From: Inmirania thermothiophila
Lineage (GTDB): Bacteria > Pseudomonadota > Gammaproteobacteria > DSM-100275
NCBI RefSeq assembly: GCF_003751635.1
Contig: NZ_RJVI01000001.1
Location: forward strand, 504,726 to 536,725
Length of the DNA stretch: 32,000 nt
Direction: 5' to 3'
Shown: positions 1 to 8,661 of the stretch, piece by piece
How the letters are laid out: each line of letters starts with the position of its first letter
How positions within the stretch are numbered: the first letter of the stretch is position 1
Translations under genes and position numbers: made by a program
Notes under the pieces: generated by a model
The model's database searches: none
The model's input: the letters and a program-made list of their open reading frames with translations, nothing else
Told to the model about the DNA's origin: nothing

Positions 1-3
1 GGC

Positions 4-525
4 ATGGAGCGGCTCCTGCTCCTGCGCCACGCCAAGTCCGACCGCGCCGGCTGGCGCGGCGACGACCGCTCGCGCCCCCTCAACGCGCGCGGGCGCCGCG
101 ACGCCCCGCGCATGGGGCGCTGGATGGCGGCCCAGGGGCTGCGCCCGGACTGGATCGTGGCCTCGCCCGCGCGGCGGGTGGAGGAGACCGTGCGGGCGGT
201 GCTCGCCGAGCTGGGCATCGACCCGGCGACGGTGGTGTGGGAGCCGGCGGCCTATCTCGCCCCCGGCAGCGCGCTGCTGGCGCTGCTCGCCGCGGTCCCG
301 GGCGAGGCGCGCACGGTGCTCCTCGCCGGCCACAACCCGGGGCTCGAGGAGCTCCTGCGGGGCTTGGCCCCCGAGGAGGCGGCGGCGCTGCCCGGGGACA
401 AGCTCCTGCCCACCTGCACCCTCGCCGTGCTCGCCCCGGCGCCCTCGCCGCCGGGCACGCCCCCGCGGCGGGCCCGCCTCCTGCGACGGGTGCGCCCGCG
501 GGACCTGCCGGAGACCCTCCCGTGA
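4..525 (+). CDS. sixA: SixA-like phosphohistidine phosphatase (histidine phosphatase superfamily), 173 aa
   Basis: ORF track 4..525. It has the N-terminal catalytic 'LLLLRHAKS' RH motif, 'RPLNARGRRDA', and a second His motif 'LLAGHNPGLEEL'. The ~170 aa size fits SixA. Confidence 0.75.
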   Translation: MERLLLLRHAKSDRAGWRGDDRSRPLNARGRRDAPRMGRWMAAQGLRPDWIVASPARRVEETVRAVLAELGIDPATVVWEPAAYLAPGSALLALLAAVPGEARTVLLAGHNPGLEELLRGLAPEEAAALPGDKLLPTCTLAVLAPAPSPPGTPPRRARLLRRVRPRDLPETLP

Positions 526-977
526 GCGGGCCGCCGCGCGAGGCCGGCGCGCTGGAGGCCTTCCTCCACCGCGCCATCCCCGCGAGCGCGGCCCTCGGCA
601 TCCGCGTCGAGGCGAGCGACGCCGCCGCGGTGCGCCTCGCCGCGCCCCTCGCCCCCAACGTCAACGACAAGGGCACCGCGTTCGCGGGCAGCCTCTACGC
701 GGTGGCCGTCCTCTGCGGCTGGGTGGCGGCCTCGCACGCCGCCGCCGAGGCCGGGCGGCCCGCCGCCCCGGTGGTCATCGCCGAGGCCCGCGTGCGCTAC
801 CTGCGTCCGGCGCGCGCCGACCTCGTCGCCGCGTGCGCGCGGCCGGACGCCGCCGCCGTGGCGGCGCTGGCGGAGCGCCTGGCCGCCGGGCGGCGCGGCC
901 GCCTCGCCCTCGACGTGACGGTGGAGAGCGCCGGCGAGGCCGTGCTCGCCCTCGCCGGCCGCTACGTGGCGGGCTGA
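522..977 (+). CDS. Hotdog-fold thioesterase-like protein (YiiD C-terminal domain-like), ~151 aa
   Basis: An in-frame GTG at 522 overlaps the sixA stop (GTGA). Only the C-terminal part of ORF 237..977 looks protein-like ('AIPASAALGIRVE...NDKGTAFAGSLYAVAVLCGW...IAEARVRYLRPA'). The upstream part is Arg/Gly/Pro junk overlapping sixA. Confidence 0.55.
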   Translation: MSGPPREAGALEAFLHRAIPASAALGIRVEASDAAAVRLAAPLAPNVNDKGTAFAGSLYAVAVLCGWVAASHAAAEAGRPAAPVVIAEARVRYLRPARADLVAACARPDAAAVAALAERLAAGRRGRLALDVTVESAGEAVLALAGRYVAG

Positions 978-1038
978 GCGCGGCGCCCGCTGGGGCGCGC
1001 CGAGGGGGGTGGTGTACACTGGCTAGGTTCACTCGGTT

Positions 1039-2175
1039 ATGGGCCCATCCATGCGGCTTATCGATGCCTACCGCGCGCGTCTGGACCGCCTCGGCTTCGA
1101 GGCCGACGTGGCGCAGCTGCAGGCCGTGCGGCACCTGGAGCGGGTGGGACGGGCGCTGCTGGCGGCGCCGCCGCGGCAGGCGGGGGGCCTGCTCGGCCAG
1201 GCGGTGGCCGGACTGCGCGGCCTGGGGTTGCCGCTGCCGGCCCGGCGGGCGCAGCCGCCGGTGCGGGGTCTCTACCTGTGGGGCGGCACCGGGCGCGGCA
1301 AGACCTGGCTCATGGACCTCTTCTTCGAGCACCTGCCGCTGCCGGCGAAGCGGCGGGTGCACTTCCACCACCTGATGCGGGAGGTGCACGGGCGGCTCGA
1401 GGCCCTGCGCGGCACCGCGGATCCGCTGGAGGCGGTGGCCGAGGACATCGCCGCCGAGGCGCGGCTGCTCTGCATCGACGAGTTCTTCGTCGAGGACATC
1501 GGCGACGCCATGATCCTCGCGGGGCTGCTGCGGGGCCTCTTCGGCCGCGGGGTGACGCTGGTGGCCACCTCCAACACGGCGCCGCGGGCGCTCTACCGCA
1601 ACGGGCTGCAGCGCGACCGCTTCCTGCCCGCCATCGATCTGCTGGAGGCGCACACGGAGGTGCTCCACCTCGACGGCGGCATCGATTACCGCTTCCGCGC
1701 CCTGGAGCGGGCGGAGATCTACCACTTCCCGCTGGACGAGGGCGCGGAGGCGGCCCTGCGCCGGGCCTTCGCCGAGCTCGCAGGCCCCGGCGCCGGGGCG
1801 CCGCGCACGCTGCAGATCAACGGCCGCGCCCTGCCGGCCCTGCGGGTGGCCGACGGCGTGGCCTGGTTCGGCTTCGCCGCCCTGTGCGAGGGGCCGCGCG
1901 CGCAGGCCGACTACATCGAGCTCGCCCGCTGCTATCACACGGTGCTGGTGAGCGGCGTGCGCGTGCTGGGGGAGGACGACGAGGACGTGGCCCGCCGCTT
2001 CATCGGGCTGGTGGACGAGCTCTACGACCGCGGCGTCAAGCTCGTCTGCTCGGCGGCGGCGCCGCCCCAGGGGCTCTACCGCGGCCGTGCGTTGGCCTTC
2101 GAGTTCCGCCGCACCGCGAGCCGTCTCACCGAGATGCAGACCCATGCCTACCTCGCGCGGCCCCACCGCCCCTGA
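1039..2175 (+). CDS. zapE: ZapE/AFG1-family ATPase (cell division factor ZapE), 378 aa
   Basis: Walker A 'WGGTGRGKTWLMD' and Walker B 'LLCIDEFFVEDIGDAMIL' are present, followed by 'ATSNTAP..LY.NGLQRDRFLPAI', which is typical of AFG1/ZapE. An alternative start exists at ATG 1051. Confidence 0.85.
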   Translation: MGPSMRLIDAYRARLDRLGFEADVAQLQAVRHLERVGRALLAAPPRQAGGLLGQAVAGLRGLGLPLPARRAQPPVRGLYLWGGTGRGKTWLMDLFFEHLPLPAKRRVHFHHLMREVHGRLEALRGTADPLEAVAEDIAAEARLLCIDEFFVEDIGDAMILAGLLRGLFGRGVTLVATSNTAPRALYRNGLQRDRFLPAIDLLEAHTEVLHLDGGIDYRFRALERAEIYHFPLDEGAEAALRRAFAELAGPGAGAPRTLQINGRALPALRVADGVAWFGFAALCEGPRAQADYIELARCYHTVLVSGVRVLGEDDEDVARRFIGLVDELYDRGVKLVCSAAAPPQGLYRGRALAFEFRRTASRLTEMQTHAYLARPHRP

Positions 2176-2956
2176 ACCGCCGGTCTGGTTCCTGAGCCAC
2201 GGGGCGCCCACGGCGCTGTACGAGCGCGACGGCGTGGCCGGGTTTTGGGCCTCGCTGCCGGGGCGGCTCGTCGCGCCGCCGCGGGCCCTGCTGTGCGTGA
2301 GCGCCCACTGGTGCACGGCCCACCCGGCCATCGCCGGGGCGGGTGCCCGCCCTGGGGTGCTGCACGACTTCGCCGGCTTTGCGCCTGCGCTCTACGAGGA
2401 GGACTGGGCGGCGGGCGGCGACGACGCCTGCCTCGAGGCCCTGGCGCAGGCCCTCGCGGCTGCGGGCATCCCCTATGAGCGGGTGCCGCACAGGCCCTAC
2501 GACCACGGCGTCTGGGTGCCGCTCAAGGCCGCCTGGCTCGAGCCGCCCATGCCGGTGCTGCAGCTTTCCGTGTGCCCGCCGCGCGACGGCGCCTTCCACC
2601 TCGCCCTGGGGCGGGCGCTGCGGCCGCTGCGCGGGGCGGGCTGGCTCCTCGTCGCCAGCGGCGGCATCGTGCACAATCTCGCGGCGCTGCGCTGGGACGC
2701 GCCGGAGGCGGCGCCGGAACCCTGGGCGGAGGCCTTTGTCCATGCGGTGGAGGCGGCCCTCGCGGCGGGGGATCTCGAGGCCCTGGCCGAGCCCCGGGCC
2801 CTGCCCGGCGGGCGCCGGGCGCACCCGAGCGTCGAGCACTACCTGCCGCTGCTCGTGGCCGCCGGGGCGGCGGGCGGGCCGATGGCGGCCCTCTACCGGG
2901 GCTGGCGCCACGGCAGCCTCGCCCTGCACGCCTACGGGACCGACGCCGTCAGGTGA
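2144..2956 (+). CDS. ygiD: Class III extradiol ring-cleavage dioxygenase, 4,5-DOPA dioxygenase (YgiD)-like, 270 aa
   Basis: An internal ATG at 2144 lies in ORF 2087..2956. 'PVWFLSHGAPT', 'YDHGVWVPL' and 'ASGGIVHNL' match LigB/YgiD-family motifs. The gene overlaps the zapE 3' end by 32 nt, and no alternative start codon lies before the conserved 'FLSHG'. Confidence 0.8.
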   Translation: MPTSRGPTAPEPPVWFLSHGAPTALYERDGVAGFWASLPGRLVAPPRALLCVSAHWCTAHPAIAGAGARPGVLHDFAGFAPALYEEDWAAGGDDACLEALAQALAAAGIPYERVPHRPYDHGVWVPLKAAWLEPPMPVLQLSVCPPRDGAFHLALGRALRPLRGAGWLLVASGGIVHNLAALRWDAPEAAPEPWAEAFVHAVEAALAAGDLEALAEPRALPGGRRAHPSVEHYLPLLVAAGAAGGPMAALYRGWRHGSLALHAYGTDAVR

Positions 2957-3041
2957 GCAGCGCGACCACGGCCGCGCCGAGGCCGAGGCAGATGGCGCAG
3001 GCGAGGGCGAGCTTCAGGGCCAGCAGCAGACGCGGATGCAT
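2949..3041 (-). CDS. Candidate small hydrophobic peptide, 30 aa (MHPRLLLALKLALACAICLGLGAAVVALLT)
   Basis: This is the tail of ORF 2949..3665(-), starting at ATG 3041. GGAG sits 7 nt upstream (minus strand 'cGGAGtgcccccATG'). GC3 bias is strong: all but 2 codons end in G/C. It encodes a single predicted TM helix and almost exactly fills the ygiD-ppsR intergenic gap. There is no homology evidence. Confidence 0.25.
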   Translation of the reverse strand: MHPRLLLALKLALACAICLGLGAAVVALLT

Positions 3042-3053
3042 GGGGGCACTCCG

Positions 3054-3899
3054 ATGGCGCAGGGCACAGAGGCAAGGCCGACGCCGCGGCCCGTTTTCTT
3101 CGTCTCGGACCGCACCGGCATCACCGCCGAGACCCTCGGCCACAGCCTCCTCAGCCAGTTCGAGGGGGTCGACTTCCAGCCGCGCACGATCCCCTTCGTG
3201 GACACGGTGGAGAAGGCCCGTGCCGCGGCCGCCGAGATCGACCGCGCGGCCGCGGCGAGCGGGGTGCGCCCGCTCGTCTTCTCCACCCTGGTGGACGCCG
3301 AGATCCGCCGCACCGTGGCGGCGAGCCGCGGCGTCTGCTTCGACTTCTTCGACGCCTTCATCGGGCCGCTCGAGCGCGAGTTCGCCACCCGCTCCAGCCA
3401 CACCATCGGGCGCACCCACGGCCTCGTGGACCTGCAGGCCTACCAGGCCCGCATCGAGGCCGTCAACTACGCCTTGACCCACGACGACGGCCTGGGGACC
3501 GGCGGCTACGACCGCGCCGACCTCATCCTGACCGGGGTCTCGCGCAGCGGCAAGACCCCCACCTCGCTCTATCTCGCCATGCACTTCGGCGTGCGCGCGG
3601 CCAACTACCCCCTCACCGAGGAGGACCTGGAGCAGGCGCGGCTGCCCGAGGAGCTCGCGCCCCACCGCGACCGCATCTACGGCCTCACCATCGATCCCGA
3701 GCGGCTCGCGCAGATCCGCGCCGAGCGCCGCCCCGGCAGCCGCTACGCCTCCCTCGAGCAGTGCCGGCGCGAGATCCGCCAGGTGGAGCGGCTCTACCGC
3801 ATGGAAGGCATCCCGGCCTTCGACACCTCGCGAAGCTCCATCGAGGAGATCGCCACCGCCGTCATCGAGCGCGCCGGCATCCGCCGGCGGCTGTTCTGA
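3054..3899 (+). CDS. ppsR: Phosphoenolpyruvate synthase regulatory protein (PEP synthase kinase/pyrophosphorylase, DUF299), 281 aa
   Basis: An internal ATG at 3054 lies in ORF 2343..3899, with GGGGG 8 nt upstream. 'FFVSDRTGITAETLGH', P-loop 'GVSRSGKTPTSLYLAMHFGVRAANYP', 'GLTIDPERLAQIRAERRPGSRYASLEQCR' and 'SIEEIATAVIE' are nearly collinear with E. coli PpsR. Confidence 0.9.
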   Translation: MAQGTEARPTPRPVFFVSDRTGITAETLGHSLLSQFEGVDFQPRTIPFVDTVEKARAAAAEIDRAAAASGVRPLVFSTLVDAEIRRTVAASRGVCFDFFDAFIGPLEREFATRSSHTIGRTHGLVDLQAYQARIEAVNYALTHDDGLGTGGYDRADLILTGVSRSGKTPTSLYLAMHFGVRAANYPLTEEDLEQARLPEELAPHRDRIYGLTIDPERLAQIRAERRPGSRYASLEQCRREIRQVERLYRMEGIPAFDTSRSSIEEIATAVIERAGIRRRLF

Positions 3900-3912
3900 G
3901 GCGCAAGAAAGA

Positions 3913-3934
3913 GGGCGGGGCCGAGGCCCCGCCC
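3913..3934 (-). terminator. GC-rich hairpin; rho-independent terminator for the lipoprotein gene, possibly bidirectional
   Basis: gggcggggcc-ga-ggccccgccc is a perfect inverted repeat, effectively an 8-bp stem with a 6-nt loop. On the minus strand it is followed by TCTTTCTT (revcomp of aagaaaga, 3905..3912). It sits between the convergent ppsR (+) and lipoprotein (-) genes. Confidence 0.55.
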
Positions 3935-3966
3935 GCGGCGCCCGTGGCGGCGTCGCCGCCGCGGGG

Positions 3967-5916
3967 CTACTGGACGTGGATGTAGGTGGACTTCCACTGG
4001 TTGCCGGCGTCGCGGAACTGCACCGCCAGGTGCCATGCTCCGTCGGCGATGGTCAAGCCGGAGGTGTCGAGGGTGACGCTCTGCTGCGACGCGGGCACGG
4101 TCGTGGTGACCTTCGAACTACCGCTCGAACTACCGCTCCAGAGCTTGACGCGGACCTTGTCCACGCCCCTCGCGCCCTCCGGCAGGGTCCAGGAGACCGT
4201 GAGCGCGGTGCCCGGTGTCCACGCGGCGAGCTCTTGGGGCGTGGGGCTGACGATCCGGGCGAAGTCCTCTTGCGAAAGGCTCGCGGGAAGGACGCCCGTG
4301 AGATCGACGGTCACCGTCTCGCCGACGGGGTTGCCGATGCAGGCGTCGCTCGTGTCGTCATATCCGTCATGGAACGAGACCGTCCACTCCGCGTCGGGCG
4401 CGACAGGCGTCGTGCCTTCGTCCACCGCGATGTCGAAATAGGTCTCGTCGTAGACCCCGCTCCACGGGCTGTGCAGGGACCAGGTGGCGGGATCGAAGTC
4501 GCCGAAGAGCTCCTCGACGGACGGATTGTCCTCGACGGACGGATTGTCGTCGTCGTTGGCGTGCCTGCGGACCACGCCGGGGCCTTGGAGCTGGACGCAT
4601 CGGATGCGCTGGGATGGGTCGCGTGCCGGCGCACGCACGTCGATCTCGACCTCGTTCTCGAACCACTCCTCGACTTTGGGGGAATCGCCCGGGGTGATGG
4701 AGCGGTGCCACTCCGGTGCGGGGTAGGCGCCGGAGACGTAGGCCTCGCGCTGGTTGCCGATGACCTTCCAGCCGTCGGCTTCCTTGCGCAGACGTATCTG
4801 CACCCGGATCGTGTCCTCGTCATCCTTGAGGACGAGGACGAGCTCCGCCTCGTCCGCCGGCGTTCCCTCGCGGTAGAAGTCCTCGTGGTAGGCGGCGACG
4901 TTCCAGGCGACGATCCGGGCCTGGTGCGGCGTCCCGCCGGGGGGCTGGATGACGTCGTAGAAGAGGCGCTGCTTGACCCCCAGGGCCATGCTGCTGTCGG
5001 CGTCCTCGGGCGTGGTCTCGCCGCTGTTCCACGGGGCGCCGTCGTGCAGGAAGAGGTCCTTGTCCACGTGTGCGTCCGGCCCCGGATCGGTCACCGCCGT
5101 CGCACCGGTGAGCCATGCGTTGAAGGCGTCGACCACCGTCCCGATGGCCTCGATGTCCGCCGGGGTCAGGCCAGGGAGGCTGCCGCCGCCGTCGAACGCC
5201 GGCGTGTCGTCGTGCCGTGCGAAGTCGTCGGTCGCGATGAGCGTGCCGTCCACCAGCTCGATCACGGCCCGGCGAGCCGTGCCGTCCACCTGGACGTCGA
5301 GCAGGTCCAGGACTGCGTCGAGGCCGCTGTGGTCGGCGGTGAAGGCGGCTTTGCGGAGGTCGTCCACGGAGATGCCGAGGGCGTCGAAAAGCGGCTGGAG
5401 CAGGCTCAGGACGCCCTCTTCGGCGGCCTCGATGCCGGTCTCGACCGTTGCGGCCCGGTTCGTCCACTCGTCCCAGACGCTGTCCGGGGCGTCGCCTGCG
5501 GCGTTGCCCAGGATCAGGTCCGTGAGGGGCGTGACGTTGATGGTGCCGCCGATGTCGTCGGCGGTGGCCACCGAGTGCCACTGGCCGCACTTTCCGCCCG
5601 CGCAGCCGAAGGCCTGCAGGGCGATGGGCGGCTCCATGCCGCTGACGTCGAGGGTGTAGCCGCCGTCGTCCCCGATGTCCGCGTAGGCCATCTGGCCGTT
5701 GCGGTCCTTGGCGCGCACGACGCCGTCGATGGGTGCGCCTGCGGCGGCGGTGCCGCTCAGGCTGGCGGCTGCGACGGAGCCGCTGCCGCCGCCCCCTCCC
5801 CCTCCATCTGCGGTGGAGCCGCCGCCTCCGCCGCAGCCGGCCAGGGCCAGGGCCACGGCCGCGGCGAGGGCACGGAGGCGCAGTCGGGGTGTCGCATCGG
5901 GGGGCGTTCGCTGCAT
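3967..5916 (-). CDS. Secreted lipoprotein of unknown function, 649 aa, with N-terminal Gly-rich linker and beta-sandwich-like domains
   Basis: The signal peptide carries a lipobox ('LRALAAAVALALAGC'), and GGGAG lies ~10 nt upstream of the ATG. After a poly-Gly linker comes a CarboxypepD_reg-like segment ('GAPIDGVVRAKDRNGQMAYADIGDDGGYTLDV'). The C-terminus looks Ig/FN3-like ('LTVSWTLPEGARGVDKVRVKLW...'). GC is visibly lower (~65-68% in sampled 60-mers) than in the flanking genes (~75%). Confidence 0.8.
   Translation of the reverse strand: MQRTPPDATPRLRLRALAAAVALALAGCGGGGGSTADGGGGGGGSGSVAAASLSGTAAAGAPIDGVVRAKDRNGQMAYADIGDDGGYTLDVSGMEPPIALQAFGCAGGKCGQWHSVATADDIGGTINVTPLTDLILGNAAGDAPDSVWDEWTNRAATVETGIEAAEEGVLSLLQPLFDALGISVDDLRKAAFTADHSGLDAVLDLLDVQVDGTARRAVIELVDGTLIATDDFARHDDTPAFDGGGSLPGLTPADIEAIGTVVDAFNAWLTGATAVTDPGPDAHVDKDLFLHDGAPWNSGETTPEDADSSMALGVKQRLFYDVIQPPGGTPHQARIVAWNVAAYHEDFYREGTPADEAELVLVLKDDEDTIRVQIRLRKEADGWKVIGNQREAYVSGAYPAPEWHRSITPGDSPKVEEWFENEVEIDVRAPARDPSQRIRCVQLQGPGVVRRHANDDDNPSVEDNPSVEELFGDFDPATWSLHSPWSGVYDETYFDIAVDEGTTPVAPDAEWTVSFHDGYDDTSDACIGNPVGETVTVDLTGVLPASLSQEDFARIVSPTPQELAAWTPGTALTVSWTLPEGARGVDKVRVKLWSGSSSGSSKVTTTVPASQQSVTLDTSGLTIADGAWHLAVQFRDAGNQWKSTYIHVQ
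4114..4137. repeat. Perfect 12-bp tandem duplication (cgaactaccgct x2) inside the lipoprotein gene
   Basis: Read directly from the sequence: 4114..4125 equals 4126..4137. It is in frame and encodes SGSS-SGSS. Confidence 0.95.
4513..4548. repeat. Perfect 18-bp tandem duplication (ctcgacggacggattgtc x2) inside the lipoprotein gene
   Basis: Read directly from the sequence: 4513..4530 equals 4531..4548. It is in frame and encodes the tandem hexapeptides NPSVED-NPSVEE. Confidence 0.95.
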
Positions 5917-6152
5917 GGTGTGGATCTCCCTTTCACACGCGGTTCGGCAGGATGCAGGGCACGACGCGCCCGTTTCCCGGACACGCCCCTGCCCGTATCC
6001 CGTTTACGGCGGCCCCCGCCGGAACTGGATAGGAAGATGCCACTGGAGCGTGTAAGAACAGGCCTACAGCGCGGGCGCCGCGGTTCCCCGGGTGGCGCGA
6101 GGGGCGCCGATCGCGCATCATCCCGCAGGGATCGGGAGGGACCGGTTCGGGC

Positions 6153-6968
6153 ATGCGAAGGACCGTCTTCTTCATCTCGGGGCGCACGGGGATCACGGCG
6201 GAGACGCTGGGGCACGGGTTGCTGTCGCAGTTCGAGGGCATGGAGTTCGAGCAGGTGCCGCTGCCCTACGTGGACACGCCGGAGCGGGCGGTGGCGGCCT
6301 GCCGGCGCATCGACGCCGCGGCCGAGCGCGACGGTGTGCCGCCCATCGTCTTCAGCGCCCTCGCCGATCCCGTCATCCGCGACCGCGTGCGCCGCGCCCG
6401 CGGCGTGTTCTTCGACGTCTTCGACACCTTCATCCGCCCGCTGGAGCGCGAGCTGGGGGTGCGCGCGCTCTCCGCCCCCGGCCGCTCCCACGGGCTCGTG
6501 GACTATCAGGCCTACATGGCGCGGGTGGACGCCATCAACTACGTCCAGATGGGCGACGAGGCCGACCCGCGCCACCTCGATCGGGCCGACGTGGTCCTGC
6601 TCGGGGTCTCGCGCAGCGGCAAGACGCCGGCCTGCGTCTACCTGGCGCTGCAGTTCGGGATCCGCGCCGCCAACCGCACCCTCACCGAGGCCGAGCTCGA
6701 GGCGCAGCGCCTGCCGGCGGGGCTGGAGCCGTACCGCGACCGGCTCTTCGGGCTCACCGTCCGCCCCGAGCGGCTGGCGGAGATCCGCGCCGGGCGCGCG
6801 CCGGGCTCGCCCTACGCCGATGCCGAGCGCTGCCGGCGCGAGGTGGAGGCGGCCGAGACCCTGTTCTGCAACGAGGGCATCCCCTGCCTCGACGTCACCT
6901 GCATGTCGGTGGAGGAGATCGCCTCCACCGTGATCGAGGCCCGCGGCCTGCGGCGGCGGCTCTACTGA
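6153..6968 (+). CDS. Second PpsR/DUF299-family bifunctional kinase/pyrophosphorylase paralog, 271 aa
   Basis: 'FFISGRTGITAETLGHGLLSQFEG', P-loop 'GVSRSGKTPACVYLALQFGIRAAN', 'GLTVRPERLAEIRAGR' and 'SVEEIASTVIE' are present. By eye it is roughly half identical to the copy at 3054..3899 and less like E. coli PpsR. GGGAGGGA lies ~12 nt upstream. Confidence 0.9.
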   Translation: MRRTVFFISGRTGITAETLGHGLLSQFEGMEFEQVPLPYVDTPERAVAACRRIDAAAERDGVPPIVFSALADPVIRDRVRRARGVFFDVFDTFIRPLERELGVRALSAPGRSHGLVDYQAYMARVDAINYVQMGDEADPRHLDRADVVLLGVSRSGKTPACVYLALQFGIRAANRTLTEAELEAQRLPAGLEPYRDRLFGLTVRPERLAEIRAGRAPGSPYADAERCRREVEAAETLFCNEGIPCLDVTCMSVEEIASTVIEARGLRRRLY

Positions 6969-6969
6969 C

Positions 6970-7880
<911 letters not shown>

Positions 7881-7881
<1 letters not shown>

Positions 7882-8657
7882 TGGACTGGGGGCTGCCGAG
7901 GCCGGGCCGGGGGGCGCTCGCGGTGTGGCGGCGCAACCTCCTCGTCTGGCGCAAGCTCATGGGGGCGAGCCTCACCATCAACTTCGGTGAACCCTTCCTC
8001 TATCTGCTGGGCCTCGGCTACGGGCTCGGCTTCTTCATCGGCGACATGGCCGGGATGCCCTATCTCACGTTCCTCGCCACCGGCGTGGTGGCGGCCTCGG
8101 CGATGCAGACGGCGACCTTCGAGGGGATGTACTCGGTGTTCACGCGCATGGTGCCGCAGCGCACCTACGAGGCCATGCTGGCCGCGCCGCTCACCGTGGA
8201 CGACATCCTCGCCGGCGAGCTGCTGTGGTGCGCGAGCAAGGGGCTGCTGAGCGGGGTGGCGATCCTGGTGGTGGCCGCGGCCCTGGGGGCGGTGGGCGGG
8301 TGGGGCGCGCTGTGGGTGATCCCGGTGGTGTTCGTGGTGGGGCTCTGCTTCGCCGGGCCGGCGCTGGTGATGAGCGCGCTCTCGCCCAACTACGACTTCT
8401 TCGTCTACTACCAGACGCTGGGTCTCACACCCATGTTCATCCTGTGCGGGGTCTTCTACCCGGTGGACACCCTGCCGCCGGCGGTGCAGACCGCGGTGCA
8501 GGTGCTGCCCCTGACCCATGCGGTGGCGCTGGTGCGGCCCCTGGTGGCGGGGCTGGCGGTGGACGACGTGGGGTTGCACCTCGCGGTGCTCCTCGCCTAC
8601 GCGGCCGCGGGCTACTACCTCGCCGTGGTCCTCGTGCGCCGCCGCCTGCTCGTGTGA
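7881..8657 (+). CDS. ABC-2 family transporter permease (NodJ-like), 258 aa
   Basis: An internal ATG at 7881 in ORF 7572..8657 overlaps the ATPase stop (TGATG). The protein is polytopic and hydrophobic ('INFGEPFLYLLGLGYGLGFFIG...', 'VLPLTHAVALVRPL'), which is typical ABC-2 topology. Confidence 0.85.
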
Positions 8658-8661
8658 GCGC

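Noticed and set aside
775-2331. A 518-aa minus-strand ORF lies antisense to zapE. Similar shadow ORFs occur at 5757..7247(-), 9584..10888(-), 9670..11652(+), 10623..12062(-), 18206..20089(-), 19281..20711(-), 21066..23174(+), 21544..23370(-) and 26232..27815(-).
   Set aside because: All are antisense to or out of frame with genes supported by conserved motifs. Their amino-acid composition is dominated by Arg/Pro/Gly/Ala, and none has a credible start context.
2343-3053. Several track ORFs have long N-terminal extensions: 2343..3899, 16049..17797, 16720..18726, 16780..18489, 22364..26332, 26714..28780 and 30040..31728.
   Set aside because: The extensions are compositionally junk and overlap upstream genes. 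Internal starts with SD sequences or coupling overlaps coincide with the point where homology-like sequence begins, so I trimmed the CDSs to those starts.
5918-5938. The inverted repeat GTGTG-N11-CACAC just upstream of the lipoprotein start resembles a CRP half-site pair or an SD-sequestering hairpin.
   Set aside because: The spacing does not fit TGTGA-N6-TCACA. The stem is only 5 bp with an 11-nt loop, so there is too little evidence for either role.
3900-6152. I considered whether the lipoprotein region is a mobile-element insertion between duplicated ppsR genes.
   Set aside because: I found no flanking inverted or direct repeats, no transposase, integrase or tRNA attachment site, and the ppsR copies are too divergent to be a recent target duplication. 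I report only the compositional anomaly.
3976-6933. A 985-aa plus-strand ORF spans the lipoprotein region and runs into the ppsR paralog.
   Set aside because: Its translation is Arg/Gly/Ala/Asp/Val-rich low complexity with no recognisable motifs. It is antisense to a lipoprotein gene that has a signal peptide, lipobox, SD and terminator. It is also out of frame with the strongly supported ppsR paralog. It is a typical high-GC shadow ORF.
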